In this document: piece after piece, positions 39,200 to 52,000 of the stretch
Layout of the letters: each line of letters begins with the position of its first letter
Position numbering within the stretch: the first letter of the stretch is position 1
DNA from: Nemertoderma westbladi
Lineage: Eukaryota > Animalia > Xenacoelomorpha
Assembly (NCBI GenBank): GCA_032718475.1
Contig: JAUCBJ010009136.1
Coordinates: 124,001 to 188,000, forward strand
DNA length: 64,000 nt
Reading direction: 5' to 3'
The notes under the pieces: generated by a model
Told to the model about the DNA's origin: nothing
What the model saw: the letters and a program-made list of their open reading frames with translations, nothing else
Databases searched by the model: none
Translations under genes and position numbers: made by a program

Positions 39200-40722
39200 T
39201 GTATTGACAATGTATACAGTATACAGAATGTGTGTGTACAATGTCTGTCTATATACATTGGCTACTGTGTACAATGTCAATACATTGGATACTGTGTAAA
39301 ATTTATGTACATTGTCTATTGTGTACAATGTCAGTACATTGTCTAATGTGTACAATGTCTGTACATTGTCTATTGTGTACAATGTCAGTACATTGTCTAT
39401 TGTTTACAATGTCAGTACATTGTCTACTGTGTACAATGTCTGTACATTGTCTACTGTGTACAATGTCTGTACTTTCTCTACTGTGTACAATGGCTGTACA
39501 ATGTCTGTACATTGTCTATTGTGTACAATATCAGTACATTGTCTACTGTGTACAATGGCTGTACATTGGCTACTGTGTACAATGTCAGTACATTGTCTTC
39601 TGTGTACAATGTCTGTACATTTTATATTGTGTACAATGTCTGTACATTGTCCACTGTGTACAATGTCTGTACATTTTCTACTGTGTACAATAGTTGTAAA
39701 TTCTCTACTGTGTACAATGTATGTACATTGTCTACTGTGTACAATGTCTGTACATTGTCTACTGTGTACAATGTCTGTGCAATGTCTACTGTGTACAATG
39801 TTTGTACATTGTCTACTGTGTACAAAGCCTGTACATTGTCTACCGTGTACAATGTCTGTGCAATGTCTACTGTGTACAATGTCTGTACATTGTCTACTGT
39901 GTACAATGTCTGTACATTTTCTACTGTGTACAATGTCTGTACATTGTCTACTGTGTACAATGTCTGTGCAATGTCTACTGTTTACAATGTTTGTACATTG
40001 TCTACTGTGTACAATGTATGTACATTGTCTACTGTGTACAATGTCTGTGCAATGTCTACTGTGTACAATGTCTGTACATTGTCTACTGTCTACAATGTCT
40101 CTGCAATGTCTACTGTGTACAATGTCTGTACATTGTCTACTGTGTACAATGTCTGTGCAATGTCTACTGTGTGCAATGTCTGTACATTGTCTACTGTGTA
40201 CAATGTCTGTACATTGTCTACTGTGTACAATGTCTGTACATTGTCTACTGTGTACAATGTATGTACATTGTCTACTGTGTACAATGTCTGTACATTATCT
40301 ACTGTGTACAATGTCTGTGTAATGTCTACTGTGTACAATGTTTGTACATTGTCTACTGTGTACAATGTCTGTACATTGTCTACTGTGTACAATGTCTGTA
40401 CATTGTCTACTGCGTACAATGTCTAAACATTGTCTACTGTGTACAATGTCTGTACATGGTCTACTGTGCAAATGTATGTACATGGTCTACTGTGTACAAT
40501 GTCTGTATATTGTCTACTGTGTACAATGTCTGTATATTGTCTACTGTGTACAATGTCTGCATATTGTCTACTGTGTACAATGTCTGTACATTGTCTACTG
40601 TGTACAATGTATGTACATTGTCTACTGTGTACAATGTCTGTGCAATGTCTACTGTGTACAATGTTTGTACATTGTCTACTGTGTACAATGTCTGTACATG
40701 GTCTACTGTGTACAATGTCTGT
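39200..40722. repeat. 27-bp minisatellite tgtacaatgtctgtacattgtctactg
   Basis: Period of 27 bp (e.g. 40201, 40228), with the internal inverted repeat acaatgt/acattgt. Confidence 0.95.
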
Positions 40723-40895
40723 AACAGTGGCCACTGCGGTCAATTTCGCCACAATTTCTCTATTAGATATGAAAAAAGACTTGTTTTCACAAAACAAACT
40801 TTTTCTGTAGCATATTTTTAATTAAATTTTATTAACCCCCACCCCACGGTATTGGCATTTTTTCAACCTAGTTTACTCCAGGTATTGTATTTCAG

Positions 40896-41053
40896 AGTTC
40901 CATTGAAAGCAGACCAAGCTAACAGCGCCCGTGACGCCCTAGCTAAGGCAATTTACGCACGCTTATTCGACCATATAGTTAACAGTACCAACCACTGTTT
41001 CGAGTTCAACCAATCACAGTTCTATATTGGAGTTCTAGACATTGCAGGGTTCG
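40896..41053 (+). CDS. MYO6: Myosin VI exon D ([20 protein letters not shown]...[10 protein letters not shown]; switch II)
   Basis: Acceptor tatttcag, donor gttagt, 158 nt, phase 2/1. It has the RDALAK and DIAGF motifs. Confidence 0.95.
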
Positions 41054-41162
41054 GTTAGTGTTCCTTGTTCAACTAAAAAGTTTATGCCCTTATAGGCGAA
41101 TCATTCCTGTTTTTCGTTGACCCTTGTATTTTACTATAGCATTATACTTCTACTTGATAAAT

Positions 41163-43992
41163 CAAAAATACCTAACAATACCCCACCAAAATACCCAACA
41201 ATAAATACCCCACCAAAATACCCAACAATACCCCACCAAAATACCCAACCATACCCTACTAAAATACCCAACAATACCCCACCAAAATACCCAACAATAC
41301 CCCACCGAAATACCCAACAATACCCCACCAAAATACCCAACAATACCCCACCAAAATACCCAACAATACCCCTCCAAAATACCCAACAATACCCCACCAA
41401 AATACCCAACAATACCCCACCGAAATACCCAACAATACCCCTCCGAAATACCCAACAATACCCCACCAAAATACCCAACAATACCCCACCTAAATACCCA
41501 ACAATACCCCACCAAAATACCCAACAATACCCCACCAAAATACCCAACAATTTTGAACTTCTACTGTATAAGCATCCTTTACAGCATTGTCAGTTCTGAG
41601 TTTCTCCCAGTCATAGTTGATTTGCTTGCTTGTCCTGGGTTTGCTGGCTCTCAAACTGAGTCTGATCTCTGCAGTCACAATTCTGTGGTCCGAACCAATT
41701 AGGTTGAACGAGCTGTATGCCTCGCAGTTGATCATGCTATTTCTCCACTTTTTGTTTAAGGATGTAATCCAGTTGTGCTTTGGTTCCAATAGGGTATTGA
41801 AAGGTCCATAGCTCCCCCTTACTCTTTTCGAATGTGTTGTTTGTTGGTATCAATTCACATTCTTCCATTAGGTCTAAGAGTAAGTACCCATTTCTGTTAG
41901 AACTGGTGTTATAGGTGTAACCCTTGATGTCTTCTGGGCCAATTTGCGCATTCAGTTCACCAGCAATGACTTTAACATTGTGTTTCGGGATGTCCTTAAT
42001 AAGTCCAGTTAGTTCTTCATAAAACTTGACTGCTTGTTCTGGCTCTGATGCATTGGTTGGACTGTAGCAACATATAACTGTTGTCTTGGGATTCCCATCA
42101 AATGTTGCGATCATAACCCTGGAATTTATAGATTCGATGTTGTTTAGGGTCTTAAGTGCAAATGGGCTTAGCAGAATTCCTACTCCACCAATTGATGCAT
42201 TGGCCGAGTTTCTTACTGCTGAGCTTGTTACTAACGTCCATCCATTTCCAATGTCATTGTACTTCATGGCAGTGTCTTCATGACAAATCCGATGTTCTTG
42301 GATGCAGATGATGTCGATGTTATATTCCATTGCCAGAGCGACCATGTCACCCTGTTTGCTCTGTGCTTTCAGCGTACGTGCGTTCATTGTAGCAATCTTT
42401 AGTGCTTTTTACATTTCAACAGGTTGGTTCTTCTTTCTTCTCTGTCTTCTGTTCCAGTAGCCAATTTATCGACCCCAGCCTGGTATACCACTGATGGACG
42501 CGGTCCTTGTTGACCCGGGCGACGACCGAGCCGGTATTTCTCCTGGAGGGTTCTCATACTCATATCTTTCAGTTGCGGGGGTAAACCGCTTGTGGTCGCA
42601 ACTCCTACAAGCGTCTTCGCAGTAGGACGCCGTTGGTTGATTACCTTCCGCCGACCTTGTCAGCATGTCTAGCCGTTGGTTGATTACCTTCCGCCTATCC
42701 ATGGCCTACAGCCCTGCTGCCGACTGTAGGGGTCCATTTGTTACACCCTGAACCAAGTGTGCCTCCTGGGTTAGGTTACCTAACACTGGTAGAGGAGCAT
42801 CCAGTATAGACAGGGCGGGGCTTGTATCATCTCTAATGCAGATGCGTATCAAGCCTTTGCCTTCAATGGTGCCCTAGGCGCTATAGCCCTCAGTGACTTA
42901 TTTAGTTGACGGGGCTGAACCAACCCACTCTTGATCAACTAAATAATGAATAGGCTATGCTTATCGGGCCTGCCCTACTGGGCTGACAGCTACAGGTAGT
43001 CCCACATTACTGCCATAGTGGTAGCAGGATCGGGGGACCTGACCTGACGGCAAATACCCCACCAAAATACCCAACAATACCCCACCAAAATACCCAACAA
43101 TACCCCACCAAAACACCCAACAATACCCCACCAAAATACCCAACAATACCCAATCAAAATACCCAACAATACCCCACCAAAATACCCAACAATACTCCAC
43201 CGAAATACCCAACAATACCCCACCAAAATACCCAACAATACCCCACCGAAATACCCAACAATACCCCACCAAAATACCCAACAATACCCCTCCAAAATAC
43301 CCAACAATACCCCACCGAAATACCCAACAATACCCAATCAAAATACCCAACAATACCCCAACAAAATACCCAACAATACCCCACCGAAATACCCAACAAT
43401 ACCCCACCAAAATACCCAACAATACCCCACCAAAATACCCAACAATACCCCACCAAAATACCCAACAATACCCCACCAAAATACCCAACAATACCCCACC
43501 GAAATACCCAACAATACCCCACCAAAATACCCAACAATACCCCACCAAAATACCCAACAATACCCCACCAAAATACCCAACAATACCCCACCAAAATACC
43601 CAACAATACCCCACCAAAATACCCAACAATACCCAATCAAAATACCCAACAATACCCCACCGAAATACCCAACAATACCCCACCAAAATACCCAACAATA
43701 CCCCTCCAAAGTACCCAACAATACCCCACCAAAGTACCCAACAATACCCCACCGAAATACCCAACAATACCCCACCAAAATACCCAACAATACCCCTCCA
43801 AAGTACCCAACAATACCCCTCCAAAGTACCCAACAATACCCCTCCAAAGTACCCAACAATACCCCACCGAAATACCCAACAATACCCCACCAAAATACCC
43901 AACAATACCCCTCCAAAGTACCCAACAATACCCCTCCAAAGTACCCAACAATACCCCACCAAAATACCCAACAATACCCCTCCAAAGTACCC
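41163..43992. repeat. 23-bp minisatellite aaaatacccaacaataccccacc, split by a LINE fragment
   Basis: Arrays at 41163-41550 and 43052-43992. Confidence 0.95.
41551..43052 (-). mobile_element. RTE-like LINE 5' portion (5' UTR plus APE endonuclease), 3'-truncated
   Basis: 41737..42387 has TMNARTL, IQEHR, YSPT, GELNAQ and LDYI; after a frameshift it continues to SDHR. No RT or tail is present. Confidence 0.88.
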
Positions 43993-44107
43993 TGGCTCAG
44001 TCTCTAACACTAGGTGGACGAGAAGACTATTGTTATTTGAACTATATATAATAAAGATAGTCAACTATTTAAAAATCACATGTCAAGTTAATTATTATTT
44101 GTTGCAG

Positions 44108-44262
44108 AATATTTTCAAGAAAATAGTTTTGAACAATTTACAATAAATTACTGCAACGAGAAGTTGCAAGAATTGTTCAATCAGCGGATTCTTAAAGAAG
44201 AGCAAGAATTATATGAAAGGGAAGGTTTGGGTGTGGAACCTGTTACTTATACCGACAATGAG
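44108..44262 (+). CDS. MYO6: Myosin VI exon E ([21 protein letters not shown]...[22 protein letters not shown]; relay helix)
   Basis: Acceptor tttgttgcag, donor gttaga, 155 nt, phase 1/0. It has the NSFEQ and NEKLQ motifs. Confidence 0.95.
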
Positions 44263-47200
44263 GTTAGATTAGAAGATATTCTGTTGCGACATATTGTGCA
44301 TAAGGTTTGGGTGTGGAACCTGTTACTTACACCGACAATGAGGTTAGATTAGAAGATATTCTGTTGCGACATATTGTGTATAAGGTTTGGGTGTGGAACC
44401 TGTTACTTACACCGACAATGAGGTTAGATTAGAAGATATTCTGTTGCGACATATTGTGCATAAGGTTTGGGTGTGGAACCTGTTACTTACACCGACAATG
44501 AGGTTAGATTAGAAGATATTCTGTTGCGACATATTGTGCATAAGGTTTGGGTGTGGAACCTGTTACTTACACTGACAATGAGGTTAGATTAGAAGATATT
44601 CTGGGGCGACATATTGTGCATAAGGTTTGGGTGTGGAACCTGTTACTTACACCGACAATGAGGTTAGATTAGAAGATATTCTGGGGCGACATATTGTGCA
44701 TAAGGTTTGGGTGTGGAACCTGTTACTTACACCGACAATGAGGTTAGATTAGAAGATATTCTGGGGCGACATATTGTGCATAAGGTTTGGGTGTGGAACC
44801 TGTTACTTACACCGACAATGAGGTTAGATTAGAAGATATCCTGTTGCGACATATTGTGCATAAGGTTTGGGTGTGGAACCTGTTACTTACACTGACAATG
44901 AGGTTAGATTAGAAGATATCCTGTTGCGACATATTGTGCATAAGGTTTGGGTGTGGAACCTGTTACTTACACTGACAATGAGGTTAGATTAGAAGATATT
45001 CTGGGGCGACATATTGTGCATAAGGTTTGGGTGTGGAACCTGTTACTTACACCGACAATGAGGTTAGATTAGAAGATATCCTGTTGCGACATATTGTGCA
45101 TAAGGTTTGGGTGTGGAACCTGTTACTTACACTGACAATGAGGTTAGATTAGAAGATATTCTGGGGCGACATATTGTGCATAAGGTTTGGGTGTGGAACC
45201 TGTTACTTACACTGACAATGAGGTTAGATTAGAAGATATCCTGTTGCGACATATTGTGCATAAGGTTTGGGTGTGGAACCTGTTACTTACACTGACAATG
45301 AGGTTAGATTAGAAGATATTCTGGGGCGACATATTGTGCATAAGGTTTGGGTGTGGAACCTGTTACTTACACTGACAATGAGGTTAGATTAGAAGATATT
45401 CTGGGGCGACATATTGTGCATAAGGTTTGGGTGTGGAACCTGTTACTTACACCGACAATGAGGTTAGATTAGAAGATATTCTGTTGCGACATATTGTGCA
45501 TAAGGTTTGGGTGTGGAACCTGTTACTTACACCGACAATGAGGTTAGATTAGAAGATATTCTGGGGCGACATATTGTGCATAAGGTTTGGGTGTGGAACC
45601 TGTTACTTACACTGACAATGAGGTTAGATTAGAAGATATTCTGGGGCGACATATTGTGCATAAGGTTTGGGTGTGGAACCTGTTACTTACACCGACAATG
45701 AGGTTAGATTAGAAGATATCCTGTTGCGACATATTGTGCATAAGGTTTGGGTGTGGAACCTGTTACTTACACTGACAATGAGGTTAGATTAGAAGATATC
45801 CTGTTGCGACATATTGTGCATAAGGTTTGGGTGTGGAACCTGTTACTTACACTGACAATGAGGTTAGATTAGAAGATATTCTGGGGCGACATATTGTGCA
45901 TAAGGTTTGGGTGTGGAACCTGTTACTTACACCGACAATGAGGTTAGATTAGAAGATATCCTGTTGCGACATATTGTGCATAAGGTTTGGGTGTGGAACC
46001 TGTTACTTACACTGACAATGAGGTTAGATTAGAAGATATTCTGGGGCGACATATTGTGCATAAGGTTTGGGTGTGGAACCTGTTACTTACACCGACAATG
46101 AGGTTAGATTAGAAGATATCCTGTTGCGACATATTGTGCATAAGGTTTGGGTGTGGAACCTGTTACTTACACTGACAATGAGGTTAGATTAGAAGATATC
46201 CTGTTGCGACATATTGTGCATAAGGTTTGGGTGTGGAACCTGTTACTTACACTGACAATGAGGTTAGATTAGAAGATATTCTGGGGCGACATATTGTGCA
46301 TAAGGTTTGGGTGTGGAACCTGTTACTTACACCGACAATGAGGTTAGATTAGAAGATATCCTGTTGCGACATATTGTGCATAAGGTTTGGGTGTGGAACC
46401 TGTTACTTACACTGACAATGAGGTTAGATTAGAAGATATTCTGGGGCGACATATTGTGCATAAGGTTTGGGTGTGGAACCTGTTACTTACACCGACAATG
46501 AGGTTAGATTAGAAGATATCCTGTTGCGACATATTGTGCATAAGGTTTGGGTGTGGAACCTGTTACTTACACCGACAATGAGGTTAGATTAGAAGATATT
46601 CTGGGGCGACATATTGTGCATAAGGTTTGGGTGTGGAACCTGTTACTTACACTGACAATGAGGTTAGATTAGAAGATATTCTGGGGCGACATATTGTGCA
46701 TAAGGTTTGGGTGTGGAACCTGTTACTTACACTGACAATGAGGTTAGATTAGAAGATATTCTGTTGCGACATATTGTGCATAAGGTTTGGGTGTGGAACC
46801 TGTTACTTACACTGACAATGAGGTTAGATTAGAAGATATTCTGGGGCGACATATTGTGCATAAGGTTTGGGTGTGGAACCTGTTACTTACACCGACAATG
46901 AGGTTAGATTAGAAGATATTCTGGGGCGACATATTGTGCATAAGGTTTGGGTGTGGAACCTGTTACTTACACTGACAATGAGGTTAGATTAGAAGATATT
47001 CTGGGGCGACATATTGTGCATAAGGTTTGGGTGTGGAACCTGTTACTTACACCGACAATGAGGTTAGATTAGAAGATATTCTGTTGCGACATATTGTGCA
47101 TAAGGTTTGGGTGTGGAACCTGTTACTTACACCGACAATGAGGTTAGATTAGAAGATATTCTGGGGCGACATATTGTGCATAAGGTTTGGGTGTGGAACC

Positions 47201-47423
47201 TGTTACTTACACCGACAATGAGGTTAGATTAGAAGATATTCTGTTGCGACATATTGTGCATAAGGTTTGGGTGTGGAACCTGTTACTTACACTGATAATG
47301 AGGTTAGATTAGAAGATATTCTGGGGCGACATATTGTGCATAAGGTTTGGGTGTGGAACCTGTTACTTACACTGATAATGAGGTTAGATTAGAAGATATT
47401 CTGGGGCGACATATTGTGCATAA
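44222..47423 (+). repeat. 80-bp tandem repeat of the exon E 3' end plus donor, 40 copies
   Basis: GT donors run from 44263 to 47383 at 80-bp spacing. The unit is 41 nt of exon plus 39 nt of intron. Confidence 0.97.
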
Positions 47424-47769
47424 TTAGTACATTTTGATAGATATAGTTTAAAGCAGTCCATTTCTCATGCAAAAATATAACATGAATGTCAAGAATATGC
47501 CGTTAAAATGATGAGTGATGAGGACCATGTTAATGGTATCAGGTTAACAGCAAGTTAGCTCGTTGGATATGCAGTTCTTTATGTAGCCTAGGGTACCTAC
47601 ATAGTCTATAGGCCTACCTCTACGCAATACGGAATAGATATTACTCCGCACAATGAATTGCTTTTGCCATTGATTGTCTATCATTGGTATTCATCATTAA
47701 ATTCGTTTTATCTTAATTTATTTTATGATTCTACTATGTTTCCATTATAATTGCGATATCACCCTCTAG

Positions 47770-47907
47770 GATTGCATCGCTCTAATTGACTGCAAAGGAA
47801 CGGGGATTATAGACCTTTTGAACGAAGAGAATCGTCTACCCAAGCCGTCTGCTGATCATTTTACTGATAATCTACACGCCATTCATAAGGAGCATTTCCG
47901 GTTAGCT
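47770..47907 (+). CDS. MYO6: Myosin VI exon F (DCIALIDCKGTGIIDLLNEENRLPKPSADHF...HKEHFRLA)
   Basis: Acceptor ccctctag, donor gtgagt, 138 nt, phase 0/0. It matches MYO6 DEENRLPQPSDQHF...HKDHFRL. Confidence 0.93.
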
Positions 47908-48180
47908 GTGAGTCACCCAGAGTACCGGTACCATAGTAACTACCATACTACAAGTAATCTATTTCAATGATAGGCCTCTCATCCCTGCATCGCATCGGCT
48001 AGCTGTGAGTCACCCAGAGTACCGGTACCATAACTACCATACTACAAGTAATCTATTTGAATGATAGGCCTCTCATCCCTGCATCGCATCGGCTAGCTGT
48101 GAGTCACCCAGAGTACCGGTACCATAACTACCATACTACAAGTAATCTATTTGAATGATAGGCCTCTCATCCCTGCATCG
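47902..48180 (+). repeat. ~95-bp repeat spanning the exon F donor, 3 copies
   Basis: tagct|gtgagtcacccagag, with GT at 47908, 48005 and 48099. Confidence 0.92.
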
Positions 48181-49000
48181 ACGCGGATGAGATTTAAATA
48201 TATTCTATATTTTCCACTTAGCTCTATACCTATATGTTACCGGTATATGGACTGACGCATCGCAATATACGACCTATATTTATTATGTAACTCCTTTAAT
48301 ACACGCCCATATTAGGTACCCAGTAACATGTGCGAATGGCGAATTGTAAGTTGAAAACTTTCGTTATCTTATCTCCATCAGCGACGCACTGTTGGCCATT
48401 TGGTTTGATTAGCCTGCGAATAAAATAATTGGATGAAACCGGAAGGAATCCCCATTTCCCATGATCATGTCACTGCCTCATCATTTTTTATTTTTCACTC
48501 GACTATTATTGTTTCGTATCATTTTGGTGATAATGATCATTGTTGCTGATGTTAATAGCTGTTACCACCAACTTTTGAGAATAAATAGTAGGTTGATTCT
48601 CCTCAAAAGCGGCCAAAAAATGTGTTATTTTTTTGACAAAAATTTTTTGTTCCAAAATATCGAAAAGTTTATATCATTGGAAATCTCTTTGCGATGCGAA
48701 TATGATGAGGCTACGGAGGCTACGGAGGCTACGTGTAAAGCATGACGGTCACTTTATAAGGAATTACAATCTAAAAACTGTAATACTCTGTCAATAATGT
48801 CTACCGCTGTAATGGTTATGTCCCTTGCTGTAATGCATTTTGCAGTGGACATTTGGTGGACAAATTGAGGTAATGCTGTAATGTTTATAGTATTAATTGT
48901 ACCTAAATTAAGTTAACTATCACTTAATGCGATCAGGATAATGGGATCTCACTACTGATGGTCTTACAGTTTATTGAAAAAATTGAGAAAAAATGTGAAA

Positions 49001-52000
49001 CACAGTCATGGACATAGTATTACAGTCATGGACATATTATTACAGCCATTGACATATTATTACAGGCCGGACATATTATTACAGCCATTAACATATTATT
49101 ACAGCCATTGACATATTATTACAGCCTTGGACATATTATTACAGCCATTGACATATTATTACAGCCTTGGACATATTATTACAGCCATTGACATATTATT
49201 ACAGCCGTTGACATATTATTACAGCCATTGACATATTATTACAGCCATTGACATATTATTACAGGCCGGACATATTATTACAGCCATTGACATATTATTA
49301 CAGCCATTGACATATTATTACAGGCCGGACATAGTATTACAGTCATGGACATATTATTACAGCCATTGACATATTATTACAGCCTTGGACATATTATTAC
49401 AGCCATTGACATATTATTACAGCCTTGGACATATTATTACAGCCATTGACATATTATTACAGCCGTTGACATATTATTACAGCCATTGACATATTATTAC
49501 AGCCATTGACATATTATTACAGGCCGGACATATTATTACAGCCATTGACATATTATTACAGCCATTGACATATTATTACAGGCCGGACATAGTATTACAG
49601 TCATGGACATATTATTACAGCCATTGACATATTATTACAGGCCGGACATAGTATTACAGTCATGGACATATTATTACAGCCATTGACATATTATTACAGG
49701 CCGGACATATTATTACAGCCATTAACATATTATTACAGCCATTAACATATTATTACAGCCATTAACATATTATTACAGCCTTGGACATATTATTACAGCC
49801 ATTGACATATTATTACAGCCATTGACATATTATTACAGGCCGGACATAGTATTACAGTCATGGACATATTATTACAGCCATTGACATATTATTACAGGCC
49901 GGACATATTATTACAGCCATTAACATATTATTACAGCCATTAACATATTATTACAGCCATTAACATATTATTACAGCCTTGGACATATTATTACAGCCAT
50001 TGACATATTATTACAGCCATGGACGTATTATTACAGGCCGGACATATTATTACAGCCATTGACATATTATTACAGCCATTGACATATTATTACAGCCATT
50101 GACATATTATTACAGCCATTGACATATTATTACAGTCATTGACATATTATTACAGCCATTGACATATTATTACAGCCATGGACGTATTATTACAGGCCGG
50201 ACATATTATTACAGCCATTGACATATTATTACAGCCATTGACATATTATTACAGCCATTGACATATTATTACAGTCATTGACATATTATTACAGCCATTA
50301 ACATATTATTACAGCCATTGACATATTATTACAGCCATTGACATATTATTACAGGCCGGACATATTATTACAGCCATTGACATATTATTACAGCCATGGA
50401 CATATTATTACAGCCATTGACATATTATTACAGCCATTGACATATTAATATAGCCATTGACATTTTATTACAGCCATTGACATATTATTACAGCCATTGA
50501 CATATTATTACAGCCATTTACATATTATTACAGCCATTGACATATTATTACAGCCTTGGACATATTATTACAGCCATTAACATATTATTACAGCCATTGA
50601 CATATTATTACAGCCATTAACATATTATTACAGCCATTGACATATTATTACAGCCATTGACATATTATTACAGCCATTGACATATTATTACAGCCATTGA
50701 CATATTATTACAGCCATTGACATATTATTACAGCCATTGACATATTATTACAGCCATTGACATATTATTACAGCCATTGACATATTATTACAGCCATTAA
50801 CATATTATTACAGCCATTGACATATTATTACAGCCATTAACATATTATTACAGCCATTGACATATTATTACAGCCATTGACATATTATTACAGCCATTGA
50901 CATATTATTACAGCCTTGGACATATTATTACAGCCATTGACATATTATTACAGCCTTGGACATATTATTACAGCCATTGACATATTATTACAGCCATTGA
51001 CATATTATTACAGCCTTGGACATATTATTACAGCCATTAACATATTATTACAGCCATTGACATATTATTACAGCCATTGACATATTATTACAGCCATTGA
51101 CATATTATTACAGCCTTGGACATATTATTACAGCCATTGACATATTATTACAGCCATTAACATATTATTACAGCCATTGACATATTATTACAGCCATTGA
51201 CATATTATTACAGCCATTGACATATTATTACAGCCTTGGGCATATTATTACAGCCATTGACATATTATTACAGGCCGGACATATTATTACAGCCATTGAC
51301 ATATTATTACAGCCTTGGACATATTATTACAGCCATTGACATATTATTACAGCCATTGACATATTATTACAGCCGTGGACATATTATTACAGCCATTAAC
51401 ATATTATTACAGCCATTGACATATTATTACAGCCATTGACATATTATTACAGCCATTGACATATTATTACAGCCGTGGACATATTATTACAGCCATTAAC
51501 ATATTATTACAGCCATTGACATATTATTACAGCCATTGACATATTATTACAGCCATTGACATATTATTACAGCCATTAACATATTATTACAGCCATTGAC
51601 ATATTATTACAGCCATTGACATATTATTACAGCCATTGACATATTATTACAGCCATTAACATATTATTACAGCCATTGACATATTATTACAGCCATTGAC
51701 ATATTATTACAGCCATTGACATATTATTACAGCCTTGGACATATTATTACAGCCATTGACATATTATTACAGCCTTGGACATATTATTACAGCCATTGAC
51801 ATATTATTACAACCTTGGACATATTATTACAGCCATTAACATATTATTACAGCCATTGACATATTATTACAGCCATTGACATATTATTACAGCCATTGAC
51901 ATATTATTACAGCCTTGGACATATTATTACAGCCATTGACATATTATTACAGCCGTGGACATATTATTACAACCTTGGACATATTATTACAGCCATTAAC

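Noticed and set aside
39173-44064. Many long low-complexity ORFs (CTMSVHCLL, GYCWVFWWG types)
   Set aside because: These are by-products of stop-poor 27-bp and 23-bp minisatellites, open in several frames and on both strands.
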